A stretch of DNA of 64,000 bases, from positions 27,652,001 to 27,716,000 of the forward strand of contig OZ024745.1 in the NCBI GenBank assembly GCA_964016885.1, written 5' to 3'. Positions 27,531 through 40,225 of this stretch are shown here, one piece after another. Source of the DNA: Eledone cirrhosa (taxonomy: Eukaryota). The notes under the pieces are model-generated. The model saw only the letters and a list, made by a program, of their open reading frames with translations, was not told the origin of the DNA and did no database searches. The first letter of the stretch is position 1; each line of letters starts with the position of its first letter. The translations under genes were made by a program, and so were the position numbers.

Positions 27531-30325
27531 AGACGATATTCTCAATGGACGCGCTTACAATATTTGAATATAACTGAACCGTCGTGTAATTTAATTTGAA
27601 AAGTGGAGCAAAGTAAAAGGAAAATAGTGAATTTGGAGTGTCAATCCCTTGTGATTTTTTTTTCCTCTCTTTTTTTCTTTTTTTTTTCCAATACCGGACT
27701 TACAGTTTTCCAGGATTTATACTCATTTTTTTTTTCCCCTTCAAAAGGATGGAGGCGTTTTATCTCCTCATGAAACTGACATTACTTAATGATGTTCGTC
27801 ATCTATGGCTTATTCAAATGTATTATTTCATAACTCTATAGAACTATTAGAATGTTTGTGCAGTGTTCTGTGTCCAGCTAGGTTTGTACAACAGGTAAGA
27901 AAAATGATGATTCGGTGACGGTTTCTTCTGATAGGAGCCTCTTCCACGTCGGAAGATCGAAGTGTGTTTTCTTGTCTTCTTCAATACTTTCATAAACGGT
28001 TTCGGAGATTTAAAACTTATATTTCAATTGGTTGAAGTTCAAAGTTTGATCAGCGTCCTATAGCCGTGAATATTTACTGTAGACATGCTGTCCAAAATGA
28101 GGTCATAAAATTTGTGATTTCTGTTTTCAAGATGAGTGGGTGTTGGTTGAAGTATATTTGTTTAAAGCAAATAATTTCCTAAAGCTTACTAGCTTCTGCC
28201 AAACATTACTAGACTAACGCTTTGTTAATCATACAAGAACAAACCATAATCAATAGATTATCGTTTATATAGTAGCTTGTGTAGTTTTTCCGTAGTGCTT
28301 GCGGTTTAGGGCAAGGTAAAAAGAGTAACCTATAGGGAGTGGAAAAGGAGAAGCTAGAATATAATAATATACAATAAACGAGATAAAACTTGTTTATATA
28401 ATCATGATGTGTATAAGGTATGTTTAGATAGTTCATATGTAGTGTGGCAAGAATATTGTAAAGATATTTATTTTGAACCATACGTTTCGGTGTCTCTCGA
28501 AAAATACCGAAGTTATTAATTTGACATCATTCTCGACTCGAGTGTATTGCCGTTTTCCTCTACAAAATTGAGGGGTGTGCATCTTGCTTGAGGAAGGAGC
28601 TCCGTGAAGAGGTCTAGCAATTACCATGGGTGTGTTGGTTGTTGAACAGAAATATACCGCCTAGACTGATGGGAGGAGGGGAGGGGTAGCCCGCCCTCTT
28701 TCCTTTACGTTTTTTTCTTTTTTTATTGTAAATAATATACAATATATAAACAAATTTGTTAACAAAATATATTTAGATGCCACTGAAATCAAATATGAGC
28801 AAGAGAGTGATTATTTGATTGTAAATAAATGGCCTCGGGAGTAGATTTGATGCGAAATGTGTAGGTGACATGAGAATATAAACAATGATCAAGGCATACA
28901 CGAGCACAGAATTTCCATATTATTTGATTTGTACTATTTGATTTATATGTCAGGTCAGGTTTCTGCTTGCTACTGGTACCATATAACCCAGTACAACCTG
29001 CTTCATTGTGGAGTGATCGGTGACTAATCAAAACCCCCCAAAAAACTCTGGTCTGGTGAGGAGGGTAAGTTGAACTCCCGTATCATAAAAAACAAGAGCT
29101 GTAAAAAGGGTCGGTAATCTCCTCAGAATCACCCCCACCTCCAAAAAAAATTGGTAAATTTCCTCACCAACCCGCAATTGGCCAAACAAAAAGCGATGGA
29201 CGTCAACCGGGGGGGGGGGGGGGGGGATTCGTCCGGAAGGAGTGGGCCCTGGATTGGATTGGACTATTTGATCTTCTGTTGATCCCTGTGACATTTTACT
29301 GATCACAAATGACAGTTAATCTATCTTTGATTTCATGGCATTTAAATGTTGTTTATATAATTTGCAGAAATCCTTTTATGAAACATTTCTAAATTGAGAC
29401 AATTAAATGTCTTATTAATTAACAATCTATTCAAGTGAACATTAAAAATTATTTTTAAAATGGAAAGAAAAATGAAATTGAAGTATTTAGATTAGTCGTG
29501 ACCGAAGCTGGAACCGAAAACAATTAAAACTATAGATTTAATCTAAGATTTAAATTTGAATGCATCTTCTACAAAGAGTAATACACAAACATATTAGTGG
29601 TGCGTTTTATTATGTTCAACGTTTATTGTACATACACATTTATTGCGCGAGGGAACCGTGTTACTCAGAGAACATTTTTTATATAAATTTCCTTCAATAC
29701 AGAATTCGTGACATTCTTTATATTGCCAGGAAATTAAAGTAGTTTAAGAATAGCAAAACAGCAAAGGTTTTTGTTCCTGAAAACTTCTAGCAAATTCTTT
29801 TCATAATGTCCCTTTATTTTAATATTACTTCTATTGTTCAGTGATATTCTTAGATGCTTTTTATTTATTTCCAGTTCTGAACTGCCCTATCACTTTAGGG
29901 GATTCTCAGTTACACATTTTACATAGAAATATATTCTTTTACATTAGATTAAAACATTGTTCCCATAACTGAAGTTGTCATCAAGATGTTTCTCCCAGAG
30001 GCTATTTTTACGTGGGCTAATCTGAAATGTAATTAACTTGAACGTAGATCTGAACAAGATAAACTAAAACAAAAACAGCATACAATTATGAAACAGATAC
30101 AATTTGAAATGGATAATTTTAACTCAGAGTTCCATTTTTTTCTTCTATTATGACTTCCCACTTAACCGAGCAAGTTATAAAGTCGTTGACAGGACAAAAC
30201 ATGTCATGCAGTTAAGAATTGCAATGATTTCAACAGCAGAAATGATATATATGGTCAAGCTGATTTTGCCGAGACTGAAGTATGTAATGTAGATTTTCCC
30301 TCAGGCTAACATCTTCTTTCTTATG

Positions 30326-30456
<131 letters not shown>

Positions 30457-30664
30457 TTGGTGACGCGCGTTTCGCCACTGATCAGCTCAAGGTTCGATCT
30501 GTATCGATCTTACCCGACTCTGTAATGAAGGAGTAACCAATCGTCCTTGTTATCTTTTCACTATAATACACGCTGTCTAGCGCTATACCGCGACATTGAA
30601 GTGAACCTAAACATGGAGTGCTCACCCGGGTGAACCTACAGTAACTCCAAGTTACACTCCCTGG

Positions 30665-30707
<43 letters not shown>

Positions 30708-30708
<1 letters not shown>

Positions 30709-30868
30709 TAGAAAGTGAGGTTTTTTTTTTTTTACAAAATGAAAAATAACCGAGGTGTCCTACACGAGTGAAAGTATAAAGAAAAAGAGATGAAATCGAA
30801 AATGCAACTGAAGTCTTATTTTTTTTTAAAATATATATATTTATTTGGTTCCTTTACCGGTTTCGCAG
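30708..30868 (-). mobile_element. PLE-type 3' terminus (family A), truncated inside the ribozyme
   Basis: Near-identical to 48641-48850 and 56798-57010; minus strand carries gcGAAACCGGTAaagg; abuts (TA)n. Confidence 0.65.
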
Positions 30869-31016
30869 TATATATATTGACAATATATATATTGACACTC
30901 ATTCCACTTGACCCATTAGCTCTTTTTTTTTTACTATTAACTGTAAGGTGTACTCGATATTTCCCGAGTCTGTCATGGCTTACTAGCTCTATACAGACGT
31001 CTATATTGAATAAATG

Positions 31017-31062
<46 letters not shown>

Positions 31063-31070
31063 CATTTATT

Positions 31071-31155
<85 letters not shown>

Positions 31156-31252
31156 AGTATCTGTTGGCTGGTTACCGATACTTCAGTATGCAGGTTAGAG
31201 CACTCAACGAAGTGTGCAGGAAGGTCTGTTTACTCCGAAGTAATTTAAAAAC

Positions 31253-31447
31253 AAGAAGTGTAAGTCAACAGGTTAAAATTAACTTCGTTTATTCATATTC
31301 GCTGCAATATATATTTCGGTGCTAACCATTATTCAATAGCTATGACCTGATGATGTCATAACTGTGGAATAATGGTTATGACCGAAATATATATTGCAGC
31401 GAATATGAATATACGAAGTTAATATAACCTGTTGACTTATACTTCTT
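31253..31447. repeat. Fold-back palindrome (~94-bp arms) centred on a hammerhead core (family B)
   Basis: Arms flank CTGATGA at 31347-31353; right arm reads t-gtcataac...gttatgac-c-GAAAtatatatt-gcagcg. Confidence 0.88.
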
Positions 31448-31452
31448 CTTTA

Positions 31453-31509
<57 letters not shown>

Positions 31510-31573
31510 AGCGAACCTTCAACCGTCAAGGTTGTTTTCCACGGTTATGTCAATATTTATAAAACAAATCTTG

Positions 31574-31638
31574 TATTTTATCTGATGAAAGCGCATCAAA
31601 ACTGCCTTGGTTGCCCTTGAAATATATATAATAAAATA
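31574..31638 (+). ncRNA. Type I hammerhead ribozyme
   Basis: tattttat-CTGATGA-aag...ctt-GAAATATATATA-ataaaata; 8-bp stem I, palindromic stem III. Confidence 0.7.
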
Positions 31639-31676
31639 ATTATGGTTTTATAAATATAGTTTCCATTTATTAATAT

Positions 31677-31722
<46 letters not shown>

Positions 31723-31799
31723 TGTATACCCATGCTAGCAAATATATATGTTATGTCTTAGTACCTTTGTGGTTCTATGCAGGGGGATGCAGAACAATT

Positions 31800-31884
31800 A
31801 TATGAAAGACGTAAAATAAGAAAATTTTAAAAATTAACTTACTTAGTAAGTAAGTTAATTTTTAAAATTTTCTTATTTTACGTC

Positions 31885-31892
<8 letters not shown>
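31800..31892. repeat. Perfect palindrome, 46-bp arms with a 1-nt centre
   Basis: atatgaaagacgtaaaataag...ttactta-g-taagtaa...cttattttacgtctttcatat. Confidence 0.93.
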
Positions 31893-31977
<85 letters not shown>

Positions 31978-32824
31978 TGTGTGTGTGTGTATTGTACACA
32001 CACACATACACACATATATATATTCACACTAATTATGTTGTCATTAAGGTACAAATGTTTCTTATGCTGCTTATTTAAGATATTTCTGTACCAGGCTCCA
32101 AATCATCAGCCTTCAATGTCAGGAGAGCAATATTTGTGGTATATTGCTATACTTGTGGTAGTAAGAGGTACTGGAAGACCCTCTGCTCAGAAAAGCTGCA
32201 ATAGAGTAGTAGAATTAAGTATAGAGCAGATATAAGCCGAACAGCAACAATATAAGGTCTCATAAACCTTTGGTTCTAGAGCATCACTGGGTGAACACAG
32301 AAAAAAAATCATATCGAAAATTAATAGGCTTTTTCCCATCCAATCGTCGTACTAAGATCAGGAGCAAATGGAGTCTAGAAAAGCGAAGAAATCCATCGAG
32401 AACTGCAAGCAGAATATGAAAAACACGAAGATAGAAAAAGGAACTCGCGTCGAAAACAAATGTGATTCAAGAAACGTACCCAGCCCCTGAGAAATCATGA
32501 GATTCACAGTTCCTTGAATCGCAAACGAATGTCATCAGATATTATCTGAAGTAGGATGGGCGACACACTGATTGTGGAACACATGGAGTAAGGTTTTGGG
32601 GAATGATAGATGGCAGGTGAAAACCAAATCACCAGTCTACCATAAACTAAATGTGAACAACTGAGAAATTATTTCATTCGTATCAAATTAGAAATAAATA
32701 TTAAATATTCATTTACATTCATATTATAAGAATTCAGTCTCTAACCATTCTATTTATTTATTTATTTATTTAGTTAGTTAGTTGGTTAGTTAGTTAGTTT
32801 GTTAGTTAGTTAGATAGATAGATA

Positions 32825-35123
32825 CATTTCTTTATTAGCCACAAGGGCACAAAAGAAGGGACAAATACAAATGGGGAGTTTACATACAGGTATATGAAAA
32901 TAAAACTATTAATAAAATAACAAATAACAATTGAAATCCTCAATAGGGGGGAGGCGTTACACAGGGGTTGTACACACCCCGAAAAATGTACAACCCTCAT
33001 CTCCAGGAGCACCAAGAGTGAGTACTCCCTTCCTCTCTTCCTCTTTTTCCTCAACCTACAGGCTTACATAGAGAGAAGGCCCAACTACTCGGGCCATCTT
33101 TGCCACATTCACCCACCTTTTATAAAATTTGCTGGGGTACAGCACCTCTCTCTCCATCCTGATTCTTCTTCCAAAATGATATTTGAAAAAACGAATCAGT
33201 TGTTCGCCGGAGAGAAAGGTGTCTGACCTCAGCCCTTTTAACTTCGTCCACCATATAACCTCTTTCACCATAGCCATAACACATAGGAAAACCGTCTCTC
33301 TCTCGTTTTTGAAGGAGGGTGGCGGTTTGATCATGACAATGGACTCGGTGGTCAACTGGATTGGTCCCACCCGCGACAATAGTCATTCTACATAGCCCCA
33401 CAGGTCGGTAACGCCCGGGCAGTGTACAAATGCGTGCGCGACGGTTTCCTCGTCGCGCACGCATCTCGGACAGATCTTTTACGAGGGGTCCCTGCCCGGG
33501 CGCCCGTGTCTGTAGAGCTTGTCTCGAACTGGTAGAGCTCCTCGATAGCACTGCCAGACCAGGGACTTTTGGAAGTTGTCCATGGGTCCCGGGCGGAAGG
33601 TCCTACCGAACAGACTGGCCAGTTCGTCCTCCTCTACGCCTAGAGTTTCTCCGAGCACGTCGTCGCACTTGCTGCGGACCAACCCTCTATAGAATGACAA
33701 AGTTGAGTCTCCACTGATCGCCGGGTCCGTTTGCCAGAGGGCTGTGAGCGCCTGAGCACATTCGATGTGCCAGTCGCCCATTTTCCTCGGTCTTTGCTTG
33801 ATCCAGGACTGCAGCTCGAACGGAGCCCACACCGGTTGTCCGGTGAGGAATACGTGGAGGTGCCGCAGCCTGAGCGCGTGTTTGCGCATCGTCAGCCACG
33901 GCATCCCCAGCCCTCCGTTTGAAGGGTGTTGGAAGCAGATGGATCTTCTCACCAAAGGAGCCCGTTTCTTCCAAATGAATTGGAAGAGCGCGCGCTCCAT
34001 TTTGGTGAGTGTTTTGGCTGGACAAGGCACGACGGTCAAGCGGTAGTAGATGACGGACGCTATAAAAGTGTTCGCCACCTCCGCTCGACTTTTCAAGGAT
34101 AGTTTGCACTCGGACCACTTCTGGGTGAGCGCAAACACCTTGGCCGTCACCTCGTTCCAGTTCTTCTCCACCTGGAGGTCCGGACGAAACCAGACCCCGA
34201 GCAGCTTTACCGGTCCTTCCGTCCAGCGTCCTTCCGTGCCTCTCCACGTTCCGAGTTGCAAAACGACGGATTTGTCCCGGTTCAGCTTCGTTCCTGTGAA
34301 CCTTTTGGTATTCCTTCAGTAAGGTGCCGACCTCCCCGATTTGCGAGGTGCTCGACACCATTACTGTCACGTCGTCGGCGTAGACCGATGCCGCTTTTCG
34401 CAGTCCCGGTTCCAAAGGGATGCCCTGCAATAGCTCCAACTTCCGCAGTAGTGTCTCGAGAGTCAGTACGTACAGAAGGGAGGAGAGAGGGAATCCCTGT
34501 CGGATGCATCGCGTGATATGGAATGGCTCCGAGAGGTAGCCGTTCACCTTGACCCTTGAGCAGATGTTGCTGCTATGCATTGTAGTAATCCAGCCCCTGA
34601 ACACGGGTCCGAAGCCTACCGCCTCGAGCACAGCATCCAGGTAACGATGGTCAACCCTATCGAAAGCCTTAGACTGATCCAAGTTGATCAGGGCCCCACC
34701 GAAGCCGGGTTTACACCCAACCCTCTCTATGATGTATCGCATGAGGTGGAGGTTGTCGTATATGGATCTGGTCGAGATTGCGCATGTCTGCGCTTCTCCC
34801 ACCAGGTTTTCGACGACAAGCGCCAGCCTCTTTGCCAACACCTTGGCCAAAATCTGTAACTCTGTATTTAGCAGATTTATGGGCCGGAAGTTGCCTATGT
34901 CATCCCCCTTATTCTCGTCCTTCCTGATTAACGTGACTACGCCCTTGGTCACAGAACTGGGAATTCTCCCGTTCTGCTGCCAGTTGCAGTAGACCGCTTC
35001 CAGGAGACCGGAGAACAAGTCCGGGATTGCTACGTAAAATTCGTAGGGTAGACCGTCAGACCTGGAGATTTGCGTTTGCCGCATTGGCTCAGCGCGTCCC
35101 CTATCTCAGCGGCCGAAATCGGC
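32825..35123 (-). mobile_element. Tx1/L1-clade LINE, 5'-truncated, frameshifted ORF2
   Basis: DGLPYEFY, NFRPINLLN, LDQSKAFDRV, RQGFPLS, YADD, LLGVW, GGLG, RGALPV; C-terminal zinc-knuckle region and 3' UTR. Confidence 0.92.
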
Positions 35124-35680
35124 ATAGATAGATAGATGGATATATATATATATAGAGAGAGAGATAGACAGATATATAGATAGATAGATAGATAGATAGA
35201 TAGTTATTATATAACATTCGTTTCCGCCTCGTTTTGAAAATGTATATTAAAAAATAAATTAAACAACTAAGACTATGACGTGTGTATGTATGTAAGACAC
35301 TCCTTCCCAGAAATAACCCCTAAAAAGAAGAGGAAATGTGTGAAGTCCGAACGAATATCCTCCACCTTCAACTATTCCACATTGATTATGTTCCATGTGA
35401 GAACTCTAAAACGCTCAAACACTTTATATTTCTATTATAAACTATAGCTAAATCCAGAGTGTATTGAGTCATAGGAGTTTTTAAATGTTTACTTGCTTTC
35501 AGATTATCAGATACATAACAAGAGCATGATTTCCTTTCAAGCAAGCATATATATTATTCAAATGGTGACGTGGTAAATGGGAATTTGATGACAATCCTGG
35601 CCTGATGAGCCTAGAATTGTAGATTAACTTGTAACTTGCAATTCACATGACAAAATTTAAAGTGGCTATCTAATTGCAAG

Positions 35681-35773
<93 letters not shown>

Positions 35774-35789
35774 CCCCATATATATATAA

Positions 35790-38700
35790 CCCCATCCTCC
35801 CCCCCGCGCCCCACCGCTCCCACCCTCCAAACGCAATCCAAAACTCTTCAGAGTTGGTACCATGAATGTAGGCACCTTAAAGGGTCGCTCTAACGAGGTT
35901 GTAGAAATGCTTGAACGTAAGGAGGTCGATGTTTGTTGTATTCAAGAGACCAGGTGGAGGGGAGGGTCGGCTAGATTCATCGTGGGTAAAGAACGATGCT
36001 ATAAGCTTTTCTGGGTGGGAAATGACAATGGGTTGGGTGGGGTAGGAATCATGGTAGCAGAAAAGTGGGCAGATAAGATAATAGACGTAAATAGAGTGAA
36101 CGACAGAATAATTAAAATAAGACTTGTCCTCAATAAAACTACGGTGACAGTAATATCTGCGTACGCACCCCAATCCGGACTGCCCGGCGCTATAAAAGAC
36201 AGATTCTATGAGACACTGATGCTAACTACCTCCCAAATATCCGACAGTGACTATATAGTTATTGCAGGCGACCTAAATGGTCACGTTGGACAACATTGTG
36301 ACGGCTATGACGGAATCCATGGAGGCTATGGGTTCGGTACTAGAAATGAGGAAGGCTCCAGAATCCTGGAATTCTGCGACGCAAATAACTTAACTATCTG
36401 TAACACTAACTTCAAAAAACGAGACAATCACTTGATCACCTATAGATCGGGGGAACACACAAGCCAGGTAGATTATATCCTTACCAGAAGACGTGACAGA
36501 GTGTCTGTTGTTAACACTAAATCCCACCCCCACGAAGAATTCACCTCCCAACATAGACTGATAATTAGCGACCTCATAGTCAGGACGAGACGTACTAGAC
36601 AGCGGAAGAGGACTATCCTCAGGAGAAAAATATGGAAGCTAAAGGACCCCATAGCCAGAAATAAATTTCAAAGCATATTACTTGACGCTTTCGACAGTAA
36701 GGAAGAGCAATTAGAGTCGTATAATATAGAGGAACAGTGGGAATTCCTGAGAGCAAACCTGCTGACGGCGGCAGACGAAGTCTGTGGCTGGAGCAGGCCT
36801 GTAGGTAGGAGGAGAGTAACATGGTGGTGGAACAGTAAGGTGGAGGAGTCAATTAAGGCCAAAAAGCAGGCTTGGAAAGTATGGCGGGATGGGGGAAGTA
36901 GAGAAGACTATCAAGTGGCCAGGAGGGAAGCTAGGAGACAAGTGTACTTCGCAAGAAGGGAAGCAGAGGAAAGAAAGTTCAAGCATGTTCTACAACGTGA
37001 GGACCAAAAACGTGAGGTGTTCAGGATTGCCAGGCAATGTGTCAAGGAAAACCGTGATATTGTCGGGGAGAAGTGTGTACTTAACGATGATGGCATACTT
37101 GCCATCACCGACGCTGATAAGAAGGTAGCTTGGAAGTGTCACTACGAAAGGCTTCTAAATGAGGAGAACAAATGGGAGAAAGACAGTCTCCCCCAGATCG
37201 ATCCAATAGAGGGACCAGCAGTGTTAGTTGAAGGTAGTATAATAAGTAAGGCAATCAAAGATATGAAGACGGGTAAGGCGGCTGGGCCTTCGGAAATAGT
37301 TGCTGAGATGCTGAAGGCATCTGGTTCGGTGGGACACACCATGGTCACCCGGATAGTTAACCAAATCGTACAGAATGGGGTTGTTCCGAAGGAATGGCGT
37401 AGCAGCATCATCGTTAACTGCTATAAGGGAAAAGGAGATGCCCTAGATAGGAGTAACTATAGAGGCATTAAATTAATCGACCAGGTCATGAAGGTCACGG
37501 AAAAAGTAATAGCGCAACTAATCAGAGAGAGAATTGATCTAGATGAAATGCAGTTCGGGTTTGTGTCAGGAAAAAGTACCACAGACGCTCTTTTCACTGT
37601 ACGACAACTACAGGAGAAGTACCTAGCTAAAAGTAAACCCCTATACTTAGCTTTCGTCGACTTGGAGAAAGCCTTCGACAGAGTCCCCCGTTCCATTATC
37701 TGGTGGTCTCTTAGAAAACTAGGTGTTGACGAATGGCTTGTGAGAGCTATACAAGCCATGTATAAAGAAACAGTCAGTAAGGTTAGAATTAACAACGAAT
37801 ATAGTGAAGAGTTTAGCGTAAAAGTTGGTGTCCATCAGGGCTCTGTTCTTAGCCCCCTACTATTTATTATTGCCCTTCAGGCTATAACAGAGGAGTTCAA
37901 GACCGGCTGCCCATGGGAACTCCTATACGCAGATGATCTAACGCTCATAGCTGAATCAATGACCGAACTAGAGAAGAAATTCCAAACATGGAAGCACGGC
38001 CTAGAATCAAAAGGCCTTAAAATTAACCTGGCTAAGACTAAAGTTCTAGTTTGTAGGAAAGAAAATAAGGCGGCGGTCCCATCTGGGAAATGGCCATGCT
38101 CAGTGTGTAGGAAAGGCGTAGGAAGAAACTCCATTTTATGTCCCAAATGCAAAGTATGGGTGCATAAAAGATGTAGTGGGATCACAGGTAAGCTAACTAA
38201 GAACATAGATTTTACATGTGGCCGGTGCTCTGGTGCAATAAGTAGCAGCAAGTGCCCACAAAATACTAGCTCCTTCAACTGCGCAGAGGGTTCTATAGAA
38301 ATAGTGGACAGCTTCCGTTATCTGGGTGACAAAATCAGCAGTGGGGGAGGGTGCTCTGAAAGTACAGTAGCTAGAGTCAGAACTGGATGGAAAAAGTTCA
38401 GAGAGCTTATACCACTATTAGCCGCTAGAGGGTTCTCCCTAAAAATGAAAGGCAGGTTATACGATGCCTGCATACGAACAGCAATGCTGCATGGCAGTGA
38501 GACCTGGGCATTGTGTGCAGAGGATATACGCAGACTAGAGAGGAACGAAGCTTGCATGCTCCGCTGGATGTGCAATAGTAATATACGTGAACGGCAAAGC
38601 ATAAACGAACTAAGGAAAAAATTAGAAATAAGAGGGATCAGATGTTGTTTACTCGAGAGAAGGCTACGTTGGTATGGTTACGTGATGCGCATGAAGGAAG

Positions 38701-39375
38701 ATAGCTGTATAACAAAGTGCAGGGCAATAAAGATAGACGGTAGCCACGGAATAGGCAGACCCATAAAAACCTGGGACGAGCTGATAAATTCCGACCTCAC
38801 CAAGACAATGTCACTGGACCGAGACCTTTGGCGGTACTCAGTAATAGAGAAGACCCGCCTTACCTAAATACAAAGTAAAAACCTACTACAGTCAGTAGGC
38901 ATCTCTATCAAAACACACCCCCGTCCCACCACCTCCACCCCACCCACACCGCCCCTTTCAATGTAAAGTTATGTTGGTCCCACAACATCCAGGCCGAAAC
39001 AAATGAGATCGTGTAGGTGTCACGACAAAAAACACACAGTCCACGCTGTAAATGTGGCCGTGTAGGCAACACGGTAAAAACCTCCCAGCCCCACACTGTA
39101 AATGTGGTTGGTGTTAGGAAGGGCATCCAGCTGTAGAAAACCCGCCAGACAGTCCACGCTGTAATGTGGCCGTGTAGGCAACACGGTAAAAACCTCCCAG
39201 CCCCACACTGTAAATGTGGTTGGTGTTAGGAAGGGCATCCAACTGTAGAAAACCCGCCAGACAGTCCTATGCGAGCAAGACAACCACTCTTGCCTCAAGT
39301 GGGAAAACCCCCGTCCAAACCCATGCAAGCGTGGAACACGGACGCTAAACCTGATGATGATGATGATGATGATGA
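35790..39375 (+). mobile_element. RTE-clade LINE, slightly 5'-truncated, with (TGA)n tail
   Basis: Single APE-RT ORF; ~0.5-kb 3' UTR containing ggtgttaggaagggcatcc; (tga)n tail; (TA)n on both sides. Confidence 0.93.
35862..38867 (+). CDS. RTE LINE protein: APE endonuclease, reverse transcriptase, PHD finger (1001 aa, uninterrupted)
   Basis: IQETRW, SAYAP, GDLNGH, VDYIL, SQH; NYRGIKL, QFGF, FVDLEKAFD, GVHQGSVLSP, LYADD; C4HC3 insert; FRYLG. Confidence 0.95.
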   Translation: MNVGTLKGRSNEVVEMLERKEVDVCCIQETRWRGGSARFIVGKERCYKLFWVGNDNGLGGVGIMVAEKWADKIIDVNRVNDRIIKIRLVLNKTTVTVISAYAPQSGLPGAIKDRFYETLMLTTSQISDSDYIVIAGDLNGHVGQHCDGYDGIHGGYGFGTRNEEGSRILEFCDANNLTICNTNFKKRDNHLITYRSGEHTSQVDYILTRRRDRVSVVNTKSHPHEEFTSQHRLIISDLIVRTRRTRQRKRTILRRKIWKLKDPIARNKFQSILLDAFDSKEEQLESYNIEEQWEFLRANLLTAADEVCGWSRPVGRRRVTWWWNSKVEESIKAKKQAWKVWRDGGSREDYQVARREARRQVYFARREAEERKFKHVLQREDQKREVFRIARQCVKENRDIVGEKCVLNDDGILAITDADKKVAWKCHYERLLNEENKWEKDSLPQIDPIEGPAVLVEGSIISKAIKDMKTGKAAGPSEIVAEMLKASGSVGHTMVTRIVNQIVQNGVVPKEWRSSIIVNCYKGKGDALDRSNYRGIKLIDQVMKVTEKVIAQLIRERIDLDEMQFGFVSGKSTTDALFTVRQLQEKYLAKSKPLYLAFVDLEKAFDRVPRSIIWWSLRKLGVDEWLVRAIQAMYKETVSKVRINNEYSEEFSVKVGVHQGSVLSPLLFIIALQAITEEFKTGCPWELLYADDLTLIAESMTELEKKFQTWKHGLESKGLKINLAKTKVLVCRKENKAAVPSGKWPCSVCRKGVGRNSILCPKCKVWVHKRCSGITGKLTKNIDFTCGRCSGAISSSKCPQNTSSFNCAEGSIEIVDSFRYLGDKISSGGGCSESTVARVRTGWKKFRELIPLLAARGFSLKMKGRLYDACIRTAMLHGSETWALCAEDIRRLERNEACMLRWMCNSNIRERQSINELRKKLEIRGIRCCLLERRLRWYGYVMRMKEDSCITKCRAIKIDGSHGIGRPIKTWDELINSDLTKTMSLDRDLWRYSVIEKTRLT

Positions 39376-39391
39376 TATATATATATATATG

Positions 39392-39546
39392 TGCTTATCC
39401 CGGGTTCAATCGGGGGTAACCACAGTAAGTAAGGTACTCAATACATAGCAGGGTATAAATACTTAATAAAGAAATGGCTTCTACAGGACCAGAACTGTTT
39501 CATTCAAGAGAAATCATCAGGGCTTTCCTGTAGAAGCCATTTCTAT

Positions 39547-39550
<4 letters not shown>
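39392..39550 (-). mobile_element. PLE-type 3' end (family D) with hammerhead-like core
   Basis: Minus strand ggcttctacag-gaaagcc-CTGATGA-tttctcttgaat-GAAAC-agttctg-GTC-ctgtagaagcc. Confidence 0.6.
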
Positions 39551-39588
<38 letters not shown>

Positions 39589-39657
39589 TACATATGTATA
39601 CATATGTGTGTATGTTGATAAATATTAAGATATGGTTCTACATTTTCATACTAAATA

Positions 39658-39834
39658 ATTGTTTCTACTTTAGGCACAAGGCCAGCAATTACCCAGCACA
39701 TTACTGGTACTTTATTTTATCGACCCCGTAAGGATGAAAGGCAAAGTTGTTAACCTCGGCCGGATTTGAACTCAGATCATAAAGGGTCGTAACTCTATGC
39801 TGGAAAGCATGGCATCCAACCCTCTACTGATACT
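39658..39834 (-). mobile_element. S1 SINE
   Basis: Matches the S1 consensus. Confidence 0.85.
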
Positions 39835-40126
39835 AATGACCGTTATCTACGTTTCAGAGGCATTAAGATAATCATATATATATATATATATATATAGTAG
39901 AATAATCATTTATTGATTTATTGATAATTTATCTGAGTGTCCCGAATCTTCCATATCGAACTTGTCGGTTATTTGGTTGATTGTAGACATATTCTACGTG
40001 TGACGGTATTTAACGATAGTTATAGCTCTAATTTATTTGAATTATAGAGCCCTCTGCCGCTCATCTCGAATTTTGTTTATCGTGAACTCGTGCGCCGATT
40101 TTTCGATACTCGATTATTCTACTATA

Positions 40127-40218
<92 letters not shown>

Positions 40219-40225
<7 letters not shown>

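Noticed and set aside
28720-29320. Possible old L1/Tx1 3' end (VHRFLF motif, A-rich tail on minus)
   Set aside because: Too decayed to support a call.
32200-32650. Possible Tc1 transposase remnant
   Set aside because: No DDE motif or TIRs identifiable.
39351-39375. ctgatga in the RTE tail
   Set aside because: Part of the (TGA)n tail, with no GAAA or stems.
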